DNA of 38,634 nt from a virus (taxonomy: Duplodnaviria; Caudoviricetes), in IMG/VR virus record IMGVR_UViG_3300020044_004458, positions 1-38,634 of that record. One strand, written 5' to 3'. The translations under genes and the position numbers were made by a program. Under the pieces are notes generated by a model. That model saw only the letters and a program-made list of their open reading frames with translations, ran no database searches and was not told the DNA's origin. Positions 6,978 to 15,900 of this stretch are shown piece by piece. Position 1 is the stretch's first letter. Every line of letters begins with the position of its first letter.

Positions 6978-7666
6978 GAAACCTAAACAAGCCACAACGC
7001 TACAATGTAGCCAGCATCCAAGCCCAGCAGACGCTGGGCGGTGATTGCATGGAGTCCAATGAAAACGGAATCTGGGTTGAGTTCCGTGACTACCTGCGAT
7101 TGCTTGAGGACTGCAAGTTGTTACAACAATGGAAGCGAGACGCTGATGCTGAAACGCTGAAGTACGACAGCGGGGATTGGTTCGCAAGCAAGACCCTGCC
7201 AGAGCGTATCAAGCATATCATCGATGCTAACGCTTTTTCCAACGACCAATACAACGAACTAGCAAAACAAATTGAACAGAATGAAGAATCCACACGAAGC
7301 AGGAACAATCAGAGCGACAACTTGGGCGTTGCTGAAGCCGATGCGTCAAGCGAAGGCAAGACGCAGGAAGCAAACCAAGGGTGCATTTGGAACAAGAATC
7401 AAATGAGCCGTCAATACTACGAGGCAAATCCTAATTGGTATGTAAGCAAGTACATTCACGATGAAGTCGTTGCCGAGAACGCCCGCCTCAAGGCCGAGGT
7501 CGAAAGGCTAACGGAACTCAACGATACTATCGCCCTGCGTTATGACGCTACCAAAAGTATGCTTGATGGGTGTGCAAAAGAGATTGAAGGAATGGAAACC
7601 GAGGTCGAGCGTCTCCGCAAGGCTATGCTAGATGCGGCTGATAAACTTGGAGGCAAGCAGTCGTGA
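6974..7666 (+). CDS. Mosaic coiled-coil hypothetical protein
   Basis: 230 aa; repeated EVERL motif; may be a fusion of smaller genes. Confidence 0.65.
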   Translation: MRNLNKPQRYNVASIQAQQTLGGDCMESNENGIWVEFRDYLRLLEDCKLLQQWKRDADAETLKYDSGDWFASKTLPERIKHIIDANAFSNDQYNELAKQIEQNEESTRSRNNQSDNLGVAEADASSEGKTQEANQGCIWNKNQMSRQYYEANPNWYVSKYIHDEVVAENARLKAEVERLTELNDTIALRYDATKSMLDGCAKEIEGMETEVERLRKAMLDAADKLGGKQS

Positions 7667-8331
7667 GTGATATCGCCTGTCATTGCGGTAAGCGTGGTGC
7701 GTTGTTCGCCAAGGATGACCACAGCCTCTTCCGTTACCATCTCTGCCGTGAACACCTAGACCCTGTTCGTGTTGCGAACTCTGGTCTTTCTGAATCGCAG
7801 TTCCCTCCGTCCATGCCAGCCATCTTCCGTGACACGGACATCAAGCGTCTGCACGATAAGATTAAGGATAACATCGACTGGAGACCAGAAGGAGATAAGA
7901 CTGGATTGCTCATCCACGGAACTACAGGCGTGGGCAAGACCAGAGCATTGTGGGAGATTGTCCGCAGGATGTGGGTTCAAAAAACAAGACAGGATGTCAA
8001 TATGCCTTACCTGTTCCTCACGATGCGGAAAATCGAGTCTATGATTGAGCAGGGCTTCGATACCAAGAAACACGGCACGATGCTTGAGAGCCTAATCGAA
8101 CACCCTCTGCTGGTCATTGATGACTTGGGCAAGGAGCGACTGACCTCCAGAATGGCAAGCGACCTATTCGCCATCGTGGACGAGCGTAGCGTTAACCGCA
8201 AGACCACCATCATCTCCACGAACTTCAACGGAACGACCCTGCTGGAGCGTTTCGAGAACAAGGACAAGGAAACAGGTGTAGCCTTAATCCGCAGATTAAA
8301 GGATTATTACACAATCGTAGGTTGCTCCTAA
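7663..8331 (+). CDS. DnaC/IstB-like AAA+ helicase loader
   Basis: Walker A GTTGVGKT, Walker B LLVIDDLGKE, TIISTN, RRL; N-terminal Cys/His cluster. Confidence 0.88.
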   Translation: MSDIACHCGKRGALFAKDDHSLFRYHLCREHLDPVRVANSGLSESQFPPSMPAIFRDTDIKRLHDKIKDNIDWRPEGDKTGLLIHGTTGVGKTRALWEIVRRMWVQKTRQDVNMPYLFLTMRKIESMIEQGFDTKKHGTMLESLIEHPLLVIDDLGKERLTSRMASDLFAIVDERSVNRKTTIISTNFNGTTLLERFENKDKETGVALIRRLKDYYTIVGCS

Positions 8332-8338
8332 TTCCCTA

Positions 8339-8358
8339 TTGACTTGTAATACGCTTTT
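8339..8358 (+). promoter_or_regulatory. sigma70 -35 with GTAWTACGC box (copy 3)
   Basis: TTGACTTGTAATACGCTTTT upstream of 8377. Confidence 0.55.
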
Positions 8359-8376
8359 GTTTTTTTCCGATTCCCT

Positions 8377-8850
8377 ATGAAACGACTACTCGCTCTGCTC
8401 ATTAGTTGCACCTGTCTGGAAGCCAAGTCCATCGTCACGGATGACTTGATGGATAAGTTCGCAATGATTGAATCTAATTACAATCACAATGCTATTGGCG
8501 ATGGAGGCAAGGCTCTTGGTGCGTGGCAGATGCACAAGGCGGCTGTTTGCGAATCAATCAATACTCTATACAGAAAGACAGGAAACAACTTTGCTGAAAT
8601 TGGAATCACTTGGAACAAGGAAACTATGTTCAACCCATTGCATTCTCGTATGATTGCTAAAGCCTATATGCTTATCCTAGAGGAACAGATGATTAAATGC
8701 GGACAGACTCCTACTCCAATCAAACTTTACATGGCTTGGAACATGGGCTTCACAGGTGCTAGACGGCATCAATTCAACTACGAATCTTGGGGTCTGGATT
8801 CCAAGCGAGCATCCATCCTCCGCAGAGCCAACCATATCCTTTCCCGATGA
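8377..8850 (+). CDS. Lysozyme-fold muralytic enzyme (lytic transglycosylase-like) with signal peptide
   Basis: MKRLLALLISC signal; IES..N.NAIGDGGKALGAWQM; AWNMG. Confidence 0.75.
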   Translation: MKRLLALLISCTCLEAKSIVTDDLMDKFAMIESNYNHNAIGDGGKALGAWQMHKAAVCESINTLYRKTGNNFAEIGITWNKETMFNPLHSRMIAKAYMLILEEQMIKCGQTPTPIKLYMAWNMGFTGARRHQFNYESWGLDSKRASILRRANHILSR

Positions 8851-8996
8851 AACCACCTAACCAAGAAGTCATGCTGTCCGTCCGAATCACCAGCCGTTTG
8901 CTCCAAGACATCGAGCGTGTGTCAAGCAATAAATACTCCTCTCGCTCACATTTTATTCGTGCTGTCTTACAGAAAGCCATTGACAAGACCAAATGA
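8847..8996 (+). CDS. Ribbon-helix-helix (CopG/Arc-like) regulator, 49 aa
   Basis: MLSVRITSRLLQDIERVS...SRSHFIRAVLQKAI pattern; ATGA-coupled start at 8847. Confidence 0.75.
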   Translation: MKPPNQEVMLSVRITSRLLQDIERVSSNKYSSRSHFIRAVLQKAIDKTK

Positions 8997-9778
8997 ACAA
9001 CACAACCTTACGCCACATTCATCCTCTCATGGACTACAATAACCACCAGAACACCACGGAACAACAAATCGCCATCAACAAGGCTCTCATCGCTCTCATC
9101 TCCGAGACGCAGGACATCCTTGCCAACGATTTTAATCCGCATTTTAAGTCCAAGTTCGCTGACCTCTCCAGCCACTTGACCTACCTCAAGCCCCTGCTTA
9201 AGAAACACGGCTTGACTGTCCTTCAGTTGCCCTCTGGTGACTACGAGGCTGTAGGAATCAAGACTATTATCTTGCACGAATCTGGTGCTATCATTCAAGA
9301 GCGTTGCGTCATTCCCTGTGAGAAGGGTATGCTTGGTCAACACGCTGGGGCTATCATCACCTATCTTCGTAGATACTCTTTGGCTTCCCTCGCTGGCGTG
9401 GCTACGGAGGATGACGATGGGGAATCTGACCGAGTGATTAAGACTCAAGTCAAGGGTGCTAGGACTGTTCCTTCTTCCGCTACCTATGCTTTGCCCAAGG
9501 CTCAACCTGTTGCATCCGCTCCAGCCTTTGACGCTCCTGCTGGTGAAATCCTAACTCCTTTCGGTGACCGCAAGGGTCAGCCCCTGTCCAGCCTCCCTCT
9601 TGAAGAAGCAGACCGCTCCGTCAAGTTCGGTGACTTGAAGTACTTCGCCACCAAGTGGCAACCAAAGCCCTACGGAGACAACCCTACCCCTTCCAAGAAG
9701 GATATCGCAGTCAAGGCTGAAGCCGTCCGTCTCTGGGAGGCATCCCAAGGTGTCGCTGAAGACAATGTCCCCTACTAA
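8993..9778 (+). CDS. erf: Erf-family ssDNA annealing protein
   Basis: NPHFKSKFADL and GAIITYLRRYSLASLAGVATEDDDG Erf signature; acidic C-terminal tail DNVPY. Confidence 0.88.
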   Translation: MNNTTLRHIHPLMDYNNHQNTTEQQIAINKALIALISETQDILANDFNPHFKSKFADLSSHLTYLKPLLKKHGLTVLQLPSGDYEAVGIKTIILHESGAIIQERCVIPCEKGMLGQHAGAIITYLRRYSLASLAGVATEDDDGESDRVIKTQVKGARTVPSSATYALPKAQPVASAPAFDAPAGEILTPFGDRKGQPLSSLPLEEADRSVKFGDLKYFATKWQPKPYGDNPTPSKKDIAVKAEAVRLWEASQGVAEDNVPY

Positions 9779-9797
9779 TTCCTAACCCATAAACCAT

Positions 9798-9986
9798 ATG
9801 TCCGAAAACAAATACATCCAATTCCAGAACACCTCCTACATCTTCTTGTCGGATGGTTCTGTGGCTCGTCTGCTCAAGCCGACCTTCATCCACAAGCAAG
9901 TTTATTTCAATCTTATCCTCGATGGTAAGATGAAGCGAATGAACCGCTTGGATGTTCTCAAGGCTTTCTCGCCTAGCAATGGCTGA
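9798..9986 (+). CDS. Hypothetical protein
   Basis: 62-aa ORF in the operon. Confidence 0.65.
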   Translation: MSENKYIQFQNTSYIFLSDGSVARLLKPTFIHKQVYFNLILDGKMKRMNRLDVLKAFSPSNG

Positions 9987-10374
9987 TTACGAACCGAAGA
10001 CAGAGGGAGTCACCTACCTCCGTCACGCCATCATCCAACAACGCAAACGCAAAGTAGGAAAATTCATCAGCCTACCTATGGAACAAGCAGAGAAAATCGT
10101 CAGCCAAGCCGAGGGGTTCGTCCCTCGTAAGGCTGGCTTTGACCACCGCAGGAACTCCGAGCGAGCCGCCGCCCTAATCCTAGGTTTTGAACCCAAGGAA
10201 TTGGTAGACAAACTCAACTCGCCAGACACCGCCAAGATGCTGAACGACCTAGCCGAAGCCAAGCAATATATCAAGATGCTTGAAGACGCTGGAAGTGCCA
10301 TGTATGGTAATGCTACTAGTGCAACAGCCAAGCAAGCATGGGTTGATGCTCGCAAGTTCCGTCTAATCAAATGA
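9979..10374 (+). CDS. Hypothetical protein
   Basis: Likely start MADYEP at 9979 within track ORF 9952-10374. Confidence 0.7.
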   Translation: MADYEPKTEGVTYLRHAIIQQRKRKVGKFISLPMEQAEKIVSQAEGFVPRKAGFDHRRNSERAAALILGFEPKELVDKLNSPDTAKMLNDLAEAKQYIKMLEDAGSAMYGNATSATAKQAWVDARKFRLIK

Positions 10375-10646
10375 GACTCCGAGAAGCATACCGCATCGCC
10401 TTGATGCGTGGGCTGACCGCTAAACAGGCTGGTGCGGAGTTCGGACTGAAGCCATCGTCCATCAGCGGTATCAAAACCAGATACAACTTCCCAAGCCTAA
10501 TGTCTGAATTTGAATACCAAGACAGGCTGGGCTATTCCAAGATGACGAATGATGAGATTCATTCCTATATGTCCTGCCTTGAGATTGAAGGCAAGACGGA
10601 CTCCAAGGAATACAGGTACTGCCAAGACGAACTCAAGAAGCGATGA
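10371..10646 (+). CDS. HTH DNA-binding protein
   Basis: GLTAKQAGAEFGLKPSSISGIK HTH. Confidence 0.65.
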   Translation: MRLREAYRIALMRGLTAKQAGAEFGLKPSSISGIKTRYNFPSLMSEFEYQDRLGYSKMTNDEIHSYMSCLEIEGKTDSKEYRYCQDELKKR

Positions 10647-10960
10647 AGTCTGGACAAAGCACTTACGGCTACGGCAAGACCAAGGTGCTTGTCCTAGAAT
10701 ACAAAGACAAGGGTCTGACTGTATCTGAAATTGCAAAGAAGTTAAAGTTGAGTTACTCTGCCGTTTACAATGTAGGTCGCAGGGCTGGATTCAAAATCAA
10801 GAACTCCTCTAGGCGTGGGCATGGAGAAGTAAAAAGCATTGTTCTGACAGAACACTTTGATAACAATTTGACACCGATGCAGATTGTGCGTAAGCATGGC
10901 ATCAGCAAGAACTCTGTGTATTATGTATACAGGTACTGCGGATTCAAATACCACAAATGA
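10643..10960 (+). CDS. Tandem HTH DNA-binding protein
   Basis: GLTVSEIAKKLKLSYSAVY and LTPMQIVRKHGISKNSVY repeats. Confidence 0.75.
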   Translation: MKSGQSTYGYGKTKVLVLEYKDKGLTVSEIAKKLKLSYSAVYNVGRRAGFKIKNSSRRGHGEVKSIVLTEHFDNNLTPMQIVRKHGISKNSVYYVYRYCGFKYHK

Positions 10961-11700
10961 GCAAACCAAAGCGTATCAAGTTCGTCTATGCCTCCGACAA
11001 CCACGGAGACAAAGTAGATAAAAAAGCGGCTGAAGCCCTGTTCGCCTTCTGCAAAGACTTCAAACCAGATGTTAGGATTCACGGAGGTGACTGCTACGAC
11101 ATCCGTCCCTACCGCAAGTCCGCTGACGCTGAAGAAAAGAATCAATCTCTCAAGGACGATATCCATTGGGGTAATTGGTTCATCCAGAACTACAAGCCTA
11201 CTGTGTTCTTGATGGGCAATCACGAATTTAGATTGTACGAGGGCATCGAGAACAACACAGGTCGCAAGCAGGAACTGATTCAAGAAACCCTAGACGATAT
11301 CAAGTCCGTCCTGCGAGCCAATGGTTGCAAAAAGATTATTCCATATCACGCTGATAAGGGAGTCTTCACGCTAGGCAAGGTGCGTACCTGTCACGGCTAC
11401 AGGTGCGGTAAGAACGCTGTGGAGGAACACGCTATCCATTATGCCGACAGGGGTGGTGCTGTCATCATCGGTCATGTTCACTCTATGCAGATGGTCACGG
11501 CTCAACGCTGGGGTGGTTGCGTAGGATTCACAGGTGGTTGCCTATGCCTAAAAGATGAAATGTCGTATGCACAGAACCGATTCGCCACCAGCAAGTGGGC
11601 TACAGGCTGGCTGTACGGATACATCGAGGGCAACAATTGGAAGATTTGGCAAGCCCACAAGGTAGGTAAGAAATGGATTTATTCTCATACTGACATCTGA
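10957..11700 (+). CDS. Calcineurin-like metallophosphoesterase
   Basis: SDNH, GGDCYD, GNHE, HG, GHVH motifs. Confidence 0.88.
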   Translation: MSKPKRIKFVYASDNHGDKVDKKAAEALFAFCKDFKPDVRIHGGDCYDIRPYRKSADAEEKNQSLKDDIHWGNWFIQNYKPTVFLMGNHEFRLYEGIENNTGRKQELIQETLDDIKSVLRANGCKKIIPYHADKGVFTLGKVRTCHGYRCGKNAVEEHAIHYADRGGAVIIGHVHSMQMVTAQRWGGCVGFTGGCLCLKDEMSYAQNRFATSKWATGWLYGYIEGNNWKIWQAHKVGKKWIYSHTDI

Positions 11701-11990
11701 TGAACGCCAAAAAGTTCAAGGAACTCCAGATGCTTATGGCTGAAGGAGACTCGGAGCAAATCCCTCACGGCTGGTACACCCGCCAGCAGTTAGCCAAGAA
11801 CCTAAAATTGAATCAAGTCACCTGTGATAAACTAATCAAGAAACTGATTGACAGGGGTCATGTTGAACGCAAGAAGTTTCGTAGACCTACGCTGTCGGGG
11901 GTTCGCCCTGTTCCTTACTTCTCATTCTGCCAAGTTGCCAGCGTAGCGTCATCCAAATCAAATCGCAAACGCCCAAGACGGCAACGCTGA
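11700..11990 (+). CDS. Winged-helix DNA-binding protein
   Basis: GWYTRQQLAKNLKLNQVTCDKLIKKLIDRGHVERKKF. Confidence 0.65.
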   Translation: MNAKKFKELQMLMAEGDSEQIPHGWYTRQQLAKNLKLNQVTCDKLIKKLIDRGHVERKKFRRPTLSGVRPVPYFSFCQVASVASSKSNRKRPRRQR

Positions 11991-12609
11991 TTAATATGTA
12001 CTTGAACCACTCGCTGTCAAGTACCCAAACGGAAGCCACCGCTGTAGCCCCACCAGCAATCAGAATTAAACCTCTGGTCTTCCAAGGAGTAAAAGCGATT
12101 ACTAGGAGTCCCGCTGTTGATACTGCAAGCCCAACGCAAGTGAGAAGCCACAGCACCTTCTCCTTAAAAGCAAGTTTACGCTCCTGCTCTGCTTGAGCCA
12201 AGGCTAACCTAGTTGCATCGAGTTCAGCGTCTCGCTCCTCGACCATAGCCCAGAGTTCATTCGTCTGCTGGTCTATCTTTGATGCCTCATCCTTGTCCTT
12301 CTGGATGGCTTTAGAATCCTTTTGTTTAAGGATGCCAGCATAGTATTCAACCTTAGATACGGAAGGCTTTGCCAGCCCAGACAGGCGGGTTACTTGGGCT
12401 TCTGTGAGTTCTCGAACATCTCCTTGAGGGAGGCTACCAACGATAGCAACAAGGGCAGAAGCAGAGTCAGATACGACTTCTTCGACCTTCGTGATGTACT
12501 TGTCTTTCTCTTCATTGGTAATGGGGATAGGGGTAACTTGTTCAACAGTCTGGCAACCGACTAAGTTTCCAAAGATAAATAAGATTGCTATGGTTTGGAA
12601 ACAATTCAT
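11887..12609 (-). CDS. Lipoprotein with coiled coil and C-terminal TM helices (unimolecular spanin-like topology)
   Basis: Lipobox LVGC, heptad region, about 3 hydrophobic C-terminal helices; follows the holin-like gene. Confidence 0.55.
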   Translation of the reverse strand: MNCFQTIAILFIFGNLVGCQTVEQVTPIPITNEEKDKYITKVEEVVSDSASALVAIVGSLPQGDVRELTEAQVTRLSGLAKPSVSKVEYYAGILKQKDSKAIQKDKDEASKIDQQTNELWAMVEERDAELDATRLALAQAEQERKLAFKEKVLWLLTCVGLAVSTAGLLVIAFTPWKTRGLILIAGGATAVASVWVLDSEWFKYILISVAVLGVCDLIWMTLRWQLGRMRSKEQGEPPTA

Positions 12610-12911
12610 TTAGATTGTTTAGTAAACTTACGCTTCACCCATTCAAAGATGTCTGGGGCTAACGCACCAGCAGATGAGTAAATGATTCCTTTGTAAAGAG
12701 CATCTACAGGTGCAGAGTTGATTGCGAAGTAAACCAGCGTTCCGACTATAGCACCAGCAAGAGCCTTGCGTACCCAGATTATCCAGAAGAACTTCTCCTC
12801 CGTTATTATCAATCTAGCGATAGCACCCAAAGCCCCAAGCACAGCGACTATCCAGCCACCCTTCTTGAACTCCTGTGCCGTGTCTATGATGCTAGGGTCT
12901 ACAGGACTCAT
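12606..12911 (-). CDS. Holin-like membrane protein
   Basis: 101 aa, about 3 TM helices, basic C-terminus. Confidence 0.7.
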   Translation of the reverse strand: MSPVDPSIIDTAQEFKKGGWIVAVLGALGAIARLIITEEKFFWIIWVRKALAGAIVGTLVYFAINSAPVDALYKGIIYSSAGALAPDIFEWVKRKFTKQSK

Positions 12912-15900
12912 TGTCTAGGCTCGTCCTTTTGGACTCTCCGCTTGGCTTGGTCTTCGTTGTCGTAGATACCGATGATAGCCTTGGCTGGGTTGTAAACCTT
13001 GAACTTGCCTCTCTGAACCATGATTAGGTAGCCAGCGGTGTTCTTGATTACAGAGCCGACTGAGGTACGCTCGGACTGCCAGTCACGCCAACCCTCGGCT
13101 GGCTGGAACTTAGGCTCTGGCATACCATCAAAATACTGCTTGGATTTTTCTGGGAATCTTCCTGTTCCAACTGTTTCAAATCCAATTTTTTTTCTTTGAA
13201 TGACAGTACCAACAGCGTCAGATGTGTGAGCAAGAAGTGAATCAATAACAGAATCATCAAAGTTCCAGATTCTCTTAATCGCCTCAAGAAGTCTTGTTAA
13301 GATAGACCTTTCAGTCTTTGGAACTTTTATCTGAGAAAGAATCTTTTGAACATAATTATCTTGCGTGATTCCTACAACAAACTCTCCCATGTTAGTTAAT
13401 CTGTATTCAATAAAATGCTTGGCGTTCTTGTCTATTGCAGTTCCATCGGGGAATTTTCCAGAAGCAAAATGCTTATGAACTTGTTTGTAAGCATCAGCAA
13501 TCACAAACCAATCTTCAGTAGCACCACCTTCCGTCTTCCACTCCTCTCTCCATTGATATTCATACTTTTTTTTGTTTCTTAAGAAATGGTCTACATTCTT
13601 TAGTGTATTTTCTATTGTAGAACCATGCTTTATGACATCTGGTATTTTTTCTGTAGTAACAGCGTGAAGAATTTCCTCCATCATTAATTCCTCAAACGAG
13701 TTCGTCCATCCCCTTCTTCTTTCAACATTACGCTCAAGGAGCATATTTACTGTGTTGTTGTTAGGGTTATAGTTGTGGTATGTCTGACCCCTAGTACCTT
13801 TCTGGGTCGAGCCAAGCGTAGAAGTCTGCTGTTGTACGAAAGCACCTAAGCCGTGGTCATCGAGCGACTCAAGCATTCTTAAGGCGAGAGGAGAGAACTG
13901 ACCTTTGTTCTCAACGATGAATTCAAGCATATCCTTAGCCGTAAGGTTTTTGTAACCCTTGAATTTTTCCTTGAGTTTTTCTACAATGGCTTTGTCTATA
14001 TCGTATCTTGCCTTGTTACCTCCCTGCTCACCATCGGCTGGTTGGTAATTTGATTTAGGTTCACTCTTAGTATTGTATATTCTGTTTACCTCTCTTTTAA
14101 GTTCAGCAATTACTCTAGAGGGATTCGATACATCGGTTATATAAACAGGTGATTCGATGTTCTTTCCTTTTCTGATATCAACAGCAAATGTGTGTTCTTT
14201 TGGATTCTCAGTATGAAACTTCAAAATGTTAATCAAAGCATCGTACTGTTTTAATGTAGGAACTGAACCTATATCAACATATGTGCTTCCGTCATTATGG
14301 TCGAAACGGATTGCACCAGCCTCTTGCATCCTAGAAATAACATCATCTACATTTCCATCTTCTGGAAGCATTTCTGCTTCTCTATGGTCTATGTGTCGTG
14401 AGTCTTTAAAGTCATCAAATTTAGTTGTAGGAACATTCTTTCCGTTAACACGCTTAAATCCAGAAGACTGTGAACGACCAGAGAAATCAAGCATCCTTGC
14501 ATCTGGAAGAAGATATCCAGCCTCATAAGCGTTGTTAGTAAGACCAAATGTATCTATATTTAATTGAAGAAGTTTTCTAGATACTTCTGGAAGGTTATTC
14601 CAAGTAGACTTCATTCCTAATTCTCTAGATTTTTCCCAGCCTTCAGATGGCTGGTAGCGAGCGTTAAAGTCGAGTTCGTTGTAGACCTCTATGCCCTTAG
14701 AAGGATAGATAGACTGTATAGCCTGTATCTTCTTAGCCGCATCTTCTCTTAATGCTGGCTTGTTGCTACCTTTGTAGTATGTCTGTCCGATGACAGAGTT
14801 TCTAACTTGAACAGGAATTCCCTCTGGATTGACGATAGTGCCGTCAACATACTTGACTCCCATCGCCCGAAGGCGTTCAGCCATCTCGCTGTAAAGCACA
14901 TTGGCTAACTTGTTTCCTCTGAACTTTTTGTCTATGTTGGAAGAAATTACAGCAATTCCTTCTCCCTTGACACTCATGTCTAAGTCAGCCGTAATGTGAC
15001 CAATCTTTTTGGTCGCACCAGAGTTATCGGTCATCGTAATTCTATACGAGCCATCTCTACGCTTAACGAACTCAAGGTTCTTGTTCTGTAAACGCTCTGG
15101 GTTTTCCTCGGCATATTTGCCAATGAAGGAAGACTTGAACTTTGGACTATTAAAGTCGTAGACACGACCACCTTCGGCTTCGTCAGTCGGCTGGAAATCC
15201 AATCTAAGTTCTCTTCCAGTCTTAAGCACTCTTCCAGATTCATCCTTGCCTCTAGGAACGCTGACATCATCAAACGATGTATCAATTGGCTTGATGTTGT
15301 CTTTCATGTAATCCTTGAAGACTACATAAACATTGTCTCTCTGACCTCCATCTGCGAAACGCTTGAAGATAATACCATCGTGACCAGCCTCCATAGCCCT
15401 CTTCATGTGCGGACTGATGTAATGCTCTTCGTACGAACGAGGGTCTACAACGACATAAGGGTTATCCATACGGATGACCTTACGCAATTGCATCTGCTTG
15501 TCTGGGGCTGGTGGAGGAAGGCTTTCGTTATCTTTTTTTACTAATTCCCTCCAAGCATCTACTACTTTTTGAGGAAATCTTTCAAGTTCAAGACTTGTGT
15601 TAAATGGATTTCTCTGATGCAAGAATCCTCTCCATAATGTATCTACAGTTCCTTCATCATATCCTAATGATTCTAAATGTCCACGATATAAGTCTATAAA
15701 ATCTTGAGTAAGTTTATATTGTTCCGTAGTCTTGTCTGTCATTCCTTCCTCGTTTAAGAAACTAGTAAGTCTTTTAAATCTTGCGACTGGACTTCTGTCT
15801 ATAACTTCTGGCTTTCTTGCATAAGCCTTAGAAGTGTTTTGAGAGCCAGCAGAGAATGACCCCATTCGTGAAGATGGGATGTCGTAATGTGAACCTAACT

